A DNA stretch of 64,000 nucleotides from positions 664-64,663 of the forward strand of contig JAHFFY010000008.1 of NCBI GenBank assembly GCA_023247705.1, written 5' to 3'. Made by a program: the position numbers and the translations under genes. The notes below the pieces were generated by a model. The model did no database searches, had not been told where the DNA came from, and was given only the letters and a program-made list of their open reading frames with translations. This document shows, piece after piece, positions 20,495 to 30,744 of the stretch. This stretch comes from Candidatus Omnitrophota bacterium (GTDB taxonomy: Bacteria; Omnitrophota; Gorgyraeia; Zapsychrales; JAHFFX01). How positions within the stretch are numbered: the first letter of the stretch is position 1; each line of letters starts with the position of its first letter.

Positions 20495-20823
20495 TCAAAA
20501 ATCCAAGAATCCAGACGATTCCGCCCAGAATTGGCGGCAGGCTTCGATTCATTCGTAGACTTTATCCAAACTTTTCTGTTGAACAGTGATCTGATGCTCG
20601 CGGCCCGTGATCTTGCGCTTCACGAATCCAGATTGTTCTAAAATACGAATGGGCTTGAAGATGGTGAAGAAAGATATGTCAAAACGTTCGGTGAGTTCGG
20701 AAACTTTGCGGGGCGCTTTCGTGACCAGTTCCAAAATCTACCGGCGGTTGGCATCGGCCAGTACATAAAAAATATGACTCAACCCGTGTTGCACTTCATG
20801 GTTGAATGTGGGTATTTAATCAT
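20495..20823 (-). pseudogene. ArsR/SmtB-family regulator pseudogene
   Basis: LSHIFYVLADANRR*ILELV..PRKVSELTERFDIS....KPIRILEQSGFVKRKITGREH...LDKVYE*IEACRQFW, with internal TAG (20738-20740) and TGA (20549-20551). Confidence 0.8.
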
Positions 20824-20834
20824 ACGGTTAAATA
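20813..20834. promoter_or_regulatory. Palindromic operator typical of ArsR autoregulation
   Basis: TATTTAATCATACGGTTAAATA, an imperfect palindrome over the putative start codon. Confidence 0.5.
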
Positions 20835-20901
20835 TTACTGCAAAAAATTCTCTATCAAAATTATTGTTTCTTTTTTGCTTCCTGTTATGATGATTTTCAT
20901 A

Positions 20902-22596
20902 ATGTTATCCAAACCAAAAATTAAGCCAATCCTATGCATAGCAATCATGTTGATTGGTCTTTCCGTTTTGGCGCAGGCCCAACAGACGGACGTTGATCAA
21001 GCCATCCGGGAGATTAATCGTCCCTTAAGCGAAGAAATAAAAGAAAAGCTAAAACCATCCCTCCTGAAGCCACCCGAAATTTTTCCACCCCCTCAGCCAA
21101 AACCGGACGAAGGACCCCGTTTTTCTATCAAAAAAATAAAACTGACCGGTATAGAAAGTTTTTCGCCGGATCACTTTGACGCTATAAAAAAAAGTTACGA
21201 AGAGCGAGACGTATCATTCGCGGAATTGAATAATCTTACCAAAGAAATTGCGCAGGAATATTTGCGACACGGAATTTTAGCCACCTGTTTTATCCCCCAG
21301 CAGAAAATCCAAGATGGGATATTCGCAATCCAAGTGGTGGAAGCCAGAATGGGAGTCCTGCATATCAACGAACATAAATATTTTAAACAAAACCGAATCA
21401 ATTATTATTGGAAACTGCGTAAAGAGGAAATTGTAAAATATCCGACCATATTGCAAAGCCTCTCGCTCATCAATAAAAATCCGGACCGGGAAGCCAAAGC
21501 GATTTTCCACAAAGGAACTCAGCCGAAAACAACCGATGTGACCCTTGATGTCAAGACAAATTTTCCCATGCACTTTAGCTACGGTCTGGATAACGAAGGC
21601 GTGACATCAACTGGAAAGAATAGAATGAATCTCGGAGTCCGACACAATAATTTTATAGGGTTAGACGATACTTTATTAAGCGGATATCTTTTCGGCAAGG
21701 ATTTTAACGGTATTTATACTTACCATTCTATCCCGATCACGAATTTTGGGACTACACTGGTTTACGGACATAGCTATAGCAAAGCAGCTCCTAAAAAGGA
21801 ATTTGAAGCCTCCGGTATCCATGCCATGGCCAGAGACATTACGGTCGCCCTTCATCAGGATCTATTTAGGGAAGGCCAACCGGCTGGAGAAGTTCATCTT
21901 GAATTGGATGCCAAAGACAATACAACCATAGAAAATTCCGGGACCACGATCCGTGACCGACTACGGGTGATCCGCCTGGGTTTTGATCTGCTCTCGAGAA
22001 AATTCAATCAAGCGACTTATCTGATTACCGAGATCTCTCAAGGCATCAACGGGCTGGGTGCAAGAAGATTAAATTCATTCTCAAGCCGGGAAGCAGAGAA
22101 TGTCTTTACTAAACTGAATGTAACCTTCCAGTTCAGACACCCCCTCCTATTCGGCCTGCAAGGGAATACTCAAATCAAAGGACAAGTGGCCTCCACTCGG
22201 CTCACACCGGAAGAAGGATTTTACTTAGGCGGGATCTCTTCGGTGAGAGGTTACCCTTCGGGTGACTTTTTAGCCGACGATGCGCTGCAGACCAATACGG
22301 AGTTGCTGCTCCCTGCTTTTTTTATTCCCGACTCTTTGCCGATGCCTTTTTCAAAAAAATCCTTTAAAGATAATGTGACGTTCATCACTTTCTTGGATTA
22401 CGGTTGGGGGAATAAACGTGATCACCTGACCAATGAAAAGGATACGGCTAATTTAATGAGCACCGGGGCAGGATTACGCATTCTGATTTTGGATAAAGCC
22501 ATCTTACGGCTGGAATGGGGGTTTCCCATTGGTGATGCAACGATCACCGAAGGAGGGAATTCCCGCTTTCACTTCTCGATTGATTTCGAAATGTAG
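20902..22596 (+). CDS. TpsB (ShlB/FhaC/HecB) two-partner secretion transporter
   Basis: POTRA (YLRHGILA..FIPQQKIQDG...IQVVE), DNEG...TG..R, GG..SVRGY motif. ATG 20902 gives a signal peptide (track start 20806). Confidence 0.92.
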   Translation: MLSKPKIKPILCIAIMLIGLSVLAQAQQTDVDQAIREINRPLSEEIKEKLKPSLLKPPEIFPPPQPKPDEGPRFSIKKIKLTGIESFSPDHFDAIKKSYEERDVSFAELNNLTKEIAQEYLRHGILATCFIPQQKIQDGIFAIQVVEARMGVLHINEHKYFKQNRINYYWKLRKEEIVKYPTILQSLSLINKNPDREAKAIFHKGTQPKTTDVTLDVKTNFPMHFSYGLDNEGVTSTGKNRMNLGVRHNNFIGLDDTLLSGYLFGKDFNGIYTYHSIPITNFGTTLVYGHSYSKAAPKKEFEASGIHAMARDITVALHQDLFREGQPAGEVHLELDAKDNTTIENSGTTIRDRLRVIRLGFDLLSRKFNQATYLITEISQGINGLGARRLNSFSSREAENVFTKLNVTFQFRHPLLFGLQGNTQIKGQVASTRLTPEEGFYLGGISSVRGYPSGDFLADDALQTNTELLLPAFFIPDSLPMPFSKKSFKDNVTFITFLDYGWGNKRDHLTNEKDTANLMSTGAGLRILILDKAILRLEWGFPIGDATITEGGNSRFHFSIDFEM

Positions 22597-22820
22597 AAAA
22601 ACTTCTTAGAAATTATTCCTATTGGTCTTTTCTTTACTAAAGGATCTATGGAAGTCCAATATAAAAACCTTTTCTCTCCAGAAAAAAAACCTAATATTGA
22701 CCCTCTGATATCCGTTAGTCGTAAAAAGGTCAATCAATTAAGAACTATTTTTTGTCGTCATTACAATGACGACAACCATCAACCCGCGAACGCGATAACC
22801 CTTCGATTCTATTCTGTTTT

Positions 22821-25800
22821 CTATTTGGATGTCTTATCTAAAGAAGTTGCGACCGCGGGAACGGTGGATTGCATCTCGGAAGGAAATGTTGTTTCGCTAA
22901 AAAAAATTTCTTCTGGAGGAGCTATTATTGCTGATGTAAAAACTGGAGACAGTATTTTCTGAGGCGATGATGTTTCAAGCGCCAATGCGATTCCGAATGG
23001 AAACGGTGTGTTAGCAGGAGATCCGGTTTCGTTGGTCACTCTTGGCGCATTAAACCCGGAAGATGTATCCAAGGTATTCCACGTCAAAGGAACCCATAAC
23101 TTTTTAAATCTTTCTTTAGACCGCCCTCTCTTACCCCGAGGTTGAGGAAACTCCCTGGGATCAAGGGTGATGGGCGGAGGTTCTTCCACAGGCAGCAATC
23201 CGATTGTTTGATCAAGAGAGGTCTGATCAAATGTGATTTGATTAACATTTGTTTCATCAACGCTTGTTTTAACATCTGGATCTTCTTGAGGAGGAATCTG
23301 TTCTTCGGTGGAAAAAAGCCAGTGCTGGTTGCCCAGGGAATCTAAACAGCCAACGTCACATCGGATATCGTTAAGACTAAGCACATGAGAATCCTTGATA
23401 TCCAAATTCGCAACGGTGATTGGACCGAGCGGTAGAAGATTCCAAGCCTGTCCTGCGGAACTGGAACGCAATGACAATCGGGTTAAGGCACTTTCTCCTT
23501 TCAGCGTTAATGCGCCTTTGATCATTTGTGTTTTGCCCTGATCAAAGATCAACACCTCCGGGCCGGTCGCTATCTTCGTTAGGTTGTTAAATACCGAGGA
23601 GCCTAAAATGATTTGATCCCCTCCATTGAAAATGACCTGACCGGTCGCGCTGAATTTCCCGCTATTGGACCAGTCTCCTGCCAAGAAAATTGTTTTTCCA
23701 TTATCCGAAAAGGTCGCGTTAGAATCAATTGTAAAATCCCCCTTAATGTAGGTGTCAGCAGCGATGATCCATGAACCGCTGCCACTCAACGTTAGATGAT
23801 AATAGTGATTCCCAGCGGCCAATTGAGTATATTTTTTAGTTCCCACATATTGCCAGGTCCCCGAATCATCGTCATTTCCCGCGCTTAATATCACTTTTTC
23901 ATTGCCATCCAGGCGAATGGTCGTATCAACGGCGACCGTGTCCGCTACACTCAGATTGTTTCCATTCAAACTCAATATCCCAGAATTGACACTCAACCGA
24001 CCATTGATCGTTGTTGCTTTCGCTAATTGCACCACATCATTACTGTCAGTGGTATTGATCTTCAAATTAAAAAAATTCGTGCTGCCAAAATCATGTAATA
24101 TAAATGTGTCCGCTGAGAGGTCTCCATCACCCGTATATTCCACCAAACCCGAGTCGATATCCAGATTAGTCACCTTGGTTAAGGTTTCATTGCCTCTAAG
24201 ACGAAACGTTCCCTCATTGGAAACCGCAACAGCCGAAGAAAATTGCAGATTATTTCCGGCCAGGGAAAAAACATTATTGGCATTGATGGTTAATGCGGTC
24301 AACTTCACGGCCGACCCAAGCGTTCTTGTTACACCGGACCCGCCAATCACGAGGTGGCCTAAATCCTGCTTTGTTGAATGGTTATCCGTGAGGATCCCAG
24401 TTCCTTGCAAGATTAAATTCTTCCCACCCGTGGCTTTCTTAAATGTGGTTTGGGGATCCAGGCTGAATCCCTTGGCGATCATAAGAGTGATTGTCTCTTG
24501 CTCTAATGTTCCGGTCCCTAATAAATTGAGATCCCCCTTGACATCGATCACGCTGTCTCCGCCGTTAAGTGTTCCCGCAATCGACAGGTCATTCGTCGTC
24601 AGAGTCATGGCACCGGTCCTTAAAGTCACGCTTTTAGAAATAACCGTTGATCCGAAAGACGTAATGTCATTGTTGGCGGTATAGATTGGGTTCTTCGACT
24701 CACTCGAACGGTTAAAGGTCAGAGAACCAACACCGATAATACCGCGCAAATCACTGTTCTTGGAAGACGAGAGAATCAGATGATAACCATTTCCCACGAT
24801 CGAAGACCCCTTGTTCATGGTCAATTGACCAACGCCCTTGCCGACACTGTCGGCAATCAACGCTGTGTCCCCGATCAAGGTGATGACGGCTTCCTTGCTA
24901 ATATCGATACTCCCAGGATCCGCAATCGTTCCACTATATTTTCCAGTAGATAAATTGACAAATCCATCCCAATTTTCAACAAACGCCCGATCGACTTGAT
25001 AGATGCCGCCAATATCAAAAGCTGCCCCATATTCATTCAGTGCTTCAGCGATCAGGGATCCGTGGCTGACAATTGTTCCCCCGGCCTTTAAATCAATTGT
25101 TCCTCCTTCAGCAGAAATCGTCCCGGTCGACTGAATATCCCCCGAGGCCACCAAGTCAATCCGTCCGTCCTCTGCGTTGATCGCGCAATCGGCGCGAACA
25201 ATCCCGTCCAAATTGATTGTGTCGGCAAACACAGCCGGCAGGCTTTCGGCAGATAAAATCACAACTCCACCCTTAGCCTCAATGGTCCCGGAATGCTTGA
25301 TTTGATCCGCAATCAGATGGCCTTCCCTATCATATATCGTGGAAGCCGTCTTCTCCTCTAACGCAACCGCGATCAATCCTTCGCCAGAAATATCTAAACG
25401 CACTGTATCCCCCGCTGCTAAAACGACTTTACCTAAAGAAACGACAATCGTTCCCGTATTTGATATCCCTCCGGCGATCAAAGCGCCAAAACCGCCCTCC
25501 TGTAAGTTAATCGTTCCTTCATTAAGCAATAAACGATCTAATTGATCTTCGGAAAATTTCTTAAACAAAAAATTTTCGTTTAAAAAATCTTGGTTGGCAA
25601 TCTCCCGGGTTGAAATGATCAGACGATCAGCGTTAATCCGCGCCTGAGGGCCGATATAAATACCATTGGGGTTGGTCAAAATAAAAAGCCCATGAGTGGT
25701 CAGATCTCCTAAAATCTCACTGAGGCTATTCCCTGAAACCCGATTCAATATTTTACTTTCGGAAGAAGGAAGGGTCACGATCACGGATTCATGGGGATTA

Positions 25801-25997
25801 ATATTAAACGATGAATATTGAACGATCGTGTTCTCCGAGGCATGAATCGTCATGGTATTTTGATCAACTTGAATTTGAGCCGCCCCTGAGATCACTTCTT
25901 CAATCTGAGGCAGAGCATACACCTGCCCTGACCAAGATGTTAATAAAACAATGCTGGCGAGCGAGCGTTTCAATTTTTTAAAATGATGATTTCCCAT
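22821..25997 (-). CDS. TpsA filamentous-haemagglutinin-family exoprotein
   Basis: Signal peptide + ALPQ, SFNI, ILNRVSG..SEI.G, ILTNPNGI (TPS domain), G/T/S/N-rich beta-helix repeats. Confidence 0.9.
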   Translation of the reverse strand: MGNHHFKKLKRSLASIVLLTSWSGQVYALPQIEEVISGAAQIQVDQNTMTIHASENTIVQYSSFNINPHESVIVTLPSSESKILNRVSGNSLSEILGDLTTHGLFILTNPNGIYIGPQARINADRLIISTREIANQDFLNENFLFKKFSEDQLDRLLLNEGTINLQEGGFGALIAGGISNTGTIVVSLGKVVLAAGDTVRLDISGEGLIAVALEEKTASTIYDREGHLIADQIKHSGTIEAKGGVVILSAESLPAVFADTINLDGIVRADCAINAEDGRIDLVASGDIQSTGTISAEGGTIDLKAGGTIVSHGSLIAEALNEYGAAFDIGGIYQVDRAFVENWDGFVNLSTGKYSGTIADPGSIDISKEAVITLIGDTALIADSVGKGVGQLTMNKGSSIVGNGYHLILSSSKNSDLRGIIGVGSLTFNRSSESKNPIYTANNDITSFGSTVISKSVTLRTGAMTLTTNDLSIAGTLNGGDSVIDVKGDLNLLGTGTLEQETITLMIAKGFSLDPQTTFKKATGGKNLILQGTGILTDNHSTKQDLGHLVIGGSGVTRTLGSAVKLTALTINANNVFSLAGNNLQFSSAVAVSNEGTFRLRGNETLTKVTNLDIDSGLVEYTGDGDLSADTFILHDFGSTNFFNLKINTTDSNDVVQLAKATTINGRLSVNSGILSLNGNNLSVADTVAVDTTIRLDGNEKVILSAGNDDDSGTWQYVGTKKYTQLAAGNHYYHLTLSGSGSWIIAADTYIKGDFTIDSNATFSDNGKTIFLAGDWSNSGKFSATGQVIFNGGDQIILGSSVFNNLTKIATGPEVLIFDQGKTQMIKGALTLKGESALTRLSLRSSSAGQAWNLLPLGPITVANLDIKDSHVLSLNDIRCDVGCLDSLGNQHWLFSTEEQIPPQEDPDVKTSVDETNVNQITFDQTSLDQTIGLLPVEEPPPITLDPREFPQPRGKRGRSKERFKKLWVPLTWNTLDTSSGFNAPRVTNETGSPANTPFPFGIALALETSSPQKILSPVFTSAIIAPPEEIFFSETTFPSEMQSTVPAVATSLDKTSK

Positions 25998-26165
25998 ACT
26001 CTATGCAAAAAAAACAAAATGCAAATTATAACTTCCCGCTATTCTTTGTAAAGGGGAAGACCAATAAAAATAACTTTTTAGGATGAAATTATAGCTTATT
26101 TTTGCTTTCTTTCTTAGGATATTGCATTTTTTTTATAGTCCTATTTTCTTGCTCCCTTCTCTAAA

Positions 26166-26208
26166 TTATTGAGCCTCCTTCCATTAAACAAAAAGAAAAA
26201 TTCAATAA
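26166..26208. repeat. Possible internally deleted copy of the 97-bp element
   Basis: TTATTGAGCCTCCTTCC...AAAAAGAAAAATTCAATAA retains both termini. Confidence 0.4.
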
Positions 26209-26267
26209 GGTGAAAAATATTGTATTTTTATCTTAAGGACAAACTTCTTAAGTTATAATGAATTAAA

Positions 26268-27047
26268 ATGGATCAAAACACAATAATCTTCTGGACATTC
26301 TGGACCGGGATCATCAGCGCGTTGGCAACCGGCTTAGGCGCGATTCCCGTCCACTTTGTCAAATCCACCTCTAATATTATTAAATCTTTGGCCGGCTCAA
26401 TCGCGGCAGGCATGATGATCTCGGCATCCGTCTTTTCTCTCGCCCAGGAAGGGATCGCGCTTAAGTCCCGCTGGCCTTTGGCCCCCTACATCGTCATCCT
26501 AGGATTATTGCTGGGGGCGGCGTTTTTCTGGTTGATCGAAAAATATTCCGAGACCCACGACATCCATTTCGGAGAGATCGAAAAAGGGATCACCAAAAAA
26601 GGTTTTCTCATTTTTATCGCGATGTTTATTCACTCGATCCCGGAAGGCATCGCCATCGGGGTCGGGTTCGCGACCGGGAATTTCAGTTTCGGATTGATCA
26701 TGGCCGTGGCAATCGCCGTCCACAATATTCCGGAAGGGATCGCCATTTCTCTTCCCTTGCATAACGAAGGCGTCTCCACCAAAAAATGCGCCCTGCTGTC
26801 GATCCTCTCCAGTATCCCGCAACCGATTATGGCGGTTCCCTCGGCGATCTTGACCTGGCTTTTTGAGCCCTTGCTTCCTCTGGGGTTGGGGATCGCGGGC
26901 GGCGCGATGATCTACATCGTTATGGCGGAATTAATTCCGGATGCGCTTAAAGAAGGGGGAAAGACATTAACCGCCTGGGGGGTCATGTTGGGGTTGTGCG
27001 GGATGCTTCTCATTACGAACTTGCTCAATTTATTGCAGCATCCCTGA
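26268..27047 (+). CDS. zupT: ZIP-family (ZupT/GufA) metal transporter
   Basis: HSIPEGIAIG, HNIPEG, AGGAMIY.V..ELIP. Confidence 0.92.
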   Translation: MDQNTIIFWTFWTGIISALATGLGAIPVHFVKSTSNIIKSLAGSIAAGMMISASVFSLAQEGIALKSRWPLAPYIVILGLLLGAAFFWLIEKYSETHDIHFGEIEKGITKKGFLIFIAMFIHSIPEGIAIGVGFATGNFSFGLIMAVAIAVHNIPEGIAISLPLHNEGVSTKKCALLSILSSIPQPIMAVPSAILTWLFEPLLPLGLGIAGGAMIYIVMAELIPDALKEGGKTLTAWGVMLGLCGMLLITNLLNLLQHP

Positions 27048-27281
27048 TCTTGTTCTAACGGAAACAAATCGAAACCGTTTGACCTTCTTCCCATCAATCA
27101 CAATCTCTTCCAGAAACATTTTCTTGGGACGGACCCACAACAAATTTTTTCCGAATTTTGTTTTGTACAAGGCTTGGTAAACCACCATTTCTTCCAGGGT
27201 CTCGCTGTGACGGGCTTCTGCAATCACCTGGTAAAATTTTCCTTTATAATGCCGATAACGGCCTAATTGAATTTTTTTCAT
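27030..27281 (-). CDS. DUF1653 protein
   Basis: GRYRHYKG..Y.V...ARHSETLEEMVVYQALY...LWVRP..MF. Confidence 0.9.
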   Translation of the reverse strand: MKKIQLGRYRHYKGKFYQVIAEARHSETLEEMVVYQALYKTKFGKNLLWVRPKKMFLEEIVIDGKKVKRFRFVSVRTRSGMLQ

Positions 27282-27289
27282 AAAAAAAT

Positions 27290-27817
27290 TTAAGTCTTGG
27301 GGCGCGCAGATTTTTGTTGTTTCAGCAAAACAAATAACGCCGCGCAATAAACACATACCGCTATCACAAAACTCACAACCGTATATCCCAGAAAAACCGC
27401 ACCGATCGTCCGCAACACCGCCGCATCCGTAAATCTCGACCAGTCACTCAACCGGTACCAATGATAACCTTCAAATGCCTTTTGGAATCCCGTTTGTAAT
27501 GCCTGCCAGTCGTTGCCGGTCAGCCACGCCCCGATTTTCAAGGAAATGACGAACGTCACGACGCTTAGCCAGGTATTGGTCAAAATACTTCCCAGCAAAG
27601 CAGCCGCTTTATTGACCCGAAGAATAAATGCAGCAACGAGCGCGGTGGCCGGACCCAACCCCGGCCAATTGCCTAAAAAAACGCCGATGCCCAGACCGAT
27701 CGCTTTGCGTTGTGGAGAATCATCGATTTCTATTAGCTGACGATAAATGGAAATAAAAAATTGTTTGATTTTTTCGACCAACGCATCCCTCACGTTCTCA
27801 AGGCGAGAAAAACTCAA
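27290..27817 (-). CDS. DUF2062 membrane protein
   Basis: DSPQRKAIG.GIGVF.G..P..G, RVNK.AA.LGS..TN. Confidence 0.85.
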   Translation of the reverse strand: MSFSRLENVRDALVEKIKQFFISIYRQLIEIDDSPQRKAIGLGIGVFLGNWPGLGPATALVAAFILRVNKAAALLGSILTNTWLSVVTFVISLKIGAWLTGNDWQALQTGFQKAFEGYHWYRLSDWSRFTDAAVLRTIGAVFLGYTVVSFVIAVCVYCAALFVLLKQQKSARPKT

Positions 27818-29016
27818 TGATCCATGCCCAACGACTCTCGATCAAAACTTTTGGTTAAAAAATATGCGTAAAGAACGGCCATTGCGTCGATGTCATTGGA
27901 AGTCGGATTATCATATTCACAAATTAATTCGTACTGATGATTTTTGAACACGGGGATCCCCTTCGCGCTGGAATAACACTGTGATTCAGCCACCCCGATC
28001 CGTTGATTGTAATTCTTAACCCGGCTCTTGAAGATTCTTTTTCCGGTCGTCACATCGCGCAATTCAAGCGATTTTGCATAGGCATGGACATGAATAGAGA
28101 TATGATGTACGGTGGTGTCGTAAGGCAGTTCCAATCCTTTCGCAAGAATATAACGGTATTGATGCCGGCCGGGCGGAACAAACCAATGATAACTGTCTTG
28201 CTGTCCCTCTTTATTAGTCAGGACATTTCTTTCCGTCGATTGAACGGGTTGAGCCGATTCGAGCTCTGCGTCCACATCCTCACCCATACTATGACAGGAT
28301 GATTTTCTTTGGTCGGATAAAGAAACAGGAACCCGTATCGTCAGACAGCGTCGGAAGACCGGCTTAACTGGCACGACCAGTTCTTTATCCCGGAGGAAAT
28401 TAAAAGTGGCTTTGGTCTTTACGCTAAAAGGTTTGGCCATCGGATTGTTATTGATCACCATCGAATGAAAGATAAAAGGCTCATCCGAAGAAATAGGCAA
28501 TCCGAAATTGGGAGGCAAATCAACCTCCGTCCTTCCCTGGATCAATGTGACGAATTTATAATCTTGATTGGCGAGATTAGGCCCGAAGGCTTTATTCCGC
28601 TTGCGGATATCAAAGGTGTCCGGATTGAATTTGAGGTGACTGTGGCATAAATATTCCTGAGATTTCGGGGCATTCGTCACCGAATCCACGACCTCGACTT
28701 TAAACCCGGTCAACCATAATAACTCCGGCTTCTCGCTTTCTGTAAATGAAACCTGCTGATTATCAACCAATCCGGTCATCGACTGGTACACACGATCAAT
28801 GGTCTGCGGCTTGGAGAATACCGTGATTTGATGCTGGATATTTTGGGGAGGTTGACGGTGTTGTGCAGATTGCGCTGCCGAAGCGAGAATTGTTCCCAGA
28901 CAAATCAGGCAAAACAAAACAAAGGTAAGATAAAATTTTTGTCTGATCGATGGCATAGTCATCATGTTATCTAAAATATAACTCAGACCATTTTTCCCGA
29001 AACAATTATTGTTCAT
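27814..29016 (-). CDS. Exported PHM-like (copper type II monooxygenase) protein
   Basis: YLCHSH, HHISIHVHAYA (HxH) and YDNPT..DIDAM (Met ligand). Confidence 0.55.
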   Translation of the reverse strand: MNNNCFGKNGLSYILDNMMTMPSIRQKFYLTFVLFCLICLGTILASAAQSAQHRQPPQNIQHQITVFSKPQTIDRVYQSMTGLVDNQQVSFTESEKPELLWLTGFKVEVVDSVTNAPKSQEYLCHSHLKFNPDTFDIRKRNKAFGPNLANQDYKFVTLIQGRTEVDLPPNFGLPISSDEPFIFHSMVINNNPMAKPFSVKTKATFNFLRDKELVVPVKPVFRRCLTIRVPVSLSDQRKSSCHSMGEDVDAELESAQPVQSTERNVLTNKEGQQDSYHWFVPPGRHQYRYILAKGLELPYDTTVHHISIHVHAYAKSLELRDVTTGKRIFKSRVKNYNQRIGVAESQCYSSAKGIPVFKNHQYELICEYDNPTSNDIDAMAVLYAYFLTKSFDRESLGMDH

Positions 29017-29582
29017 TGTTTGGGATTCTCCTTGATGCGATAACCAACGAGCGATTGATCATCCATCTTGACTTCTTCCAGTTCAAAAATTTTCTTGAGC
29101 AAGAAAAAATAGGGATATTCTCCGCCGACAACCACCCACCGGGCATGGTCATCATAAAACAGCTTGTCCTGAATCGCCGTCCGGTCAATCACCCAGCCTT
29201 TTTTCTCTTTATATAAAAAAACCGGCCCTAAATTCTTGAGGTCAGGAAAATAAATAACCGCAAAATCCCCCTCGCTGTAAACCTGAAAAGGCCGATCGAA
29301 CATCTTTGCCGAATCTTTAAATTTGGGGTCAACCAAAATCCTTTTCCCCTTTTTGCGCCATTGCGCATCGAAAAGCGGCAAATCATAACAATACATTCCA
29401 TCCTTCACCAATGCTAACTCCAATGAAAATGACGCCTCCGGGGTCGCCTGCGGCACGTACTCTTTTTTTAATTCTTGATAATAAATCTCTTCGGGGGTGT
29501 CAGCAAAGGCAAAGAGACTCATCCCCTGGATAAAAAGAACCAACAGAGCCTGCCCCATCCAAAAACGTTTTATGTTCATCAT
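29013..29582 (-). CDS. Exported hypothetical protein
   Basis: Signal peptide ending AFA; stop overlaps the next ORF. Confidence 0.7.
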   Translation of the reverse strand: MMNIKRFWMGQALLVLFIQGMSLFAFADTPEEIYYQELKKEYVPQATPEASFSLELALVKDGMYCYDLPLFDAQWRKKGKRILVDPKFKDSAKMFDRPFQVYSEGDFAVIYFPDLKNLGPVFLYKEKKGWVIDRTAIQDKLFYDDHARWVVVGGEYPYFFLLKKIFELEEVKMDDQSLVGYRIKENPKQ

Positions 29583-29722
29583 GGATCTCTACTTTCTTGT
29601 TTTCTTATTTTTTAAGTTACTTTGCATGTCAGAATTTTTTTTTATGTTATAATATCTCGATTTTATTTGAACGTGGACTTCATTTAATCTATTGGCCATT
29701 CAAATTATTGAGGAGAGAACCC

Positions 29723-30121
29723 ATGAACAAGACCAAACCCTCTCTCGGATTACATTACCTCCCATTATTCATTTTTCTAATAAGCGGATTCATCGCTTCC
29801 TGTACGAGCAATCATTTCACGGTTGAAGAAATGGAGTCCGGGAATAAATATATCACCGTTGAAAATATCCTGAAAATTAAAAAAGGCTTTTCCACCCAAG
29901 ATGAGGTTGAAGCTATTTTCGGGAAACCCGATTCAACCGCCACCGACCCCGCCACCCAAAACATGACCTGGACTTATATCTACACCAAAACCAAACAGAA
30001 TAGTTTTGAGCACGCCCCTTTTCTGATCGATCAAACAGATCTCGAAATCACGTTTAACCCTGAGGGGATTGTTAAAGAATACACCCAGACCGTTTCGAAT
30101 CGCTTAAAGGCAGAACGATAA
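29723..30121 (+). CDS. BamE/SmpA-like lipoprotein
   Basis: RBS GAGGAG; lipobox IASC; IKKG.ST.DEV..IFGKP, WTY.Y, L.ITFN.EG.V. Confidence 0.75.
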   Translation: MNKTKPSLGLHYLPLFIFLISGFIASCTSNHFTVEEMESGNKYITVENILKIKKGFSTQDEVEAIFGKPDSTATDPATQNMTWTYIYTKTKQNSFEHAPFLIDQTDLEITFNPEGIVKEYTQTVSNRLKAER

Positions 30122-30137
30122 TCCAACGATCAGAAAA

Positions 30138-30569
30138 TTATCTTCCTTTGACCATTTCCGTGGCGACATTATTATGGCTGGCCAAGACCCGCCATTTGCC
30201 GTCTTTCTTCCGCCAGGTCATGGTATAACGTCGGACCGAACGGCCGGCGCCATCCACACTCTTTTCGATCGTAAAAAGATAATACTGAATAATGGCGATA
30301 TTGTCGAAGACCCCGCAGCTGATCGGACTGATGTAATGAATGGGAAATTTGGTCGTCTCGCTCCAAAACCCGACCCATTTCGAAAGCCACTTTTTATCCA
30401 GCATCAGAGGACTTTCATGACCAAAGCCTCTGAATTCAGGATCGATGTAATCCAAAAATTCATTCAATTTAGCCTGAATCAACATCTCCCAATGATGTTC
30501 CAGGCAGGCCCAAACTTCCTTTTGGGCGGCTGACCATTCTTCAGGACTTGGGGATAACGATTGCGGCAT
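30138..30569 (-). CDS. NTF2-like (DUF4440/SnoaL) protein
   Basis: C-terminal RYTMTWRKKDGKWRVLASH. Confidence 0.8.
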   Translation of the reverse strand: MPQSLSPSPEEWSAAQKEVWACLEHHWEMLIQAKLNEFLDYIDPEFRGFGHESPLMLDKKWLSKWVGFWSETTKFPIHYISPISCGVFDNIAIIQYYLFTIEKSVDGAGRSVRRYTMTWRKKDGKWRVLASHNNVATEMVKGR

Positions 30570-30621
30570 AAAAAACCTCCTTCAGTGATTCGTTGGATAT
30601 TATTAATTAGGTGATCCGGTT

Positions 30622-30717
30622 ATCAGGGGATCAGGGACTAGGAATCCGAGATCAGGGATCTGGGACATTAAAAATATGATCCGGATTATCTATCCCCGGA
30701 TTTCCTGATCACCCCAC
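30622..30717. repeat. Heptamer-type (TCAGGGA) tandem units in inverted arrangement
   Basis: TCAGGGGATCAGGGACTAGGAATCCGAGATCAGGGATCTGGGA...TCCCCGGATTTCCTGATC. Confidence 0.55.
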
Positions 30718-30744
30718 GGATTGTTTTCTTCAATCTCCTTGCGA

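Noticed and set aside
20220-20552. 110-aa ORF upstream of uppP
   Set aside because: It overlaps the ArsR pseudogene tail and the uppP promoter, and no family was recognised.
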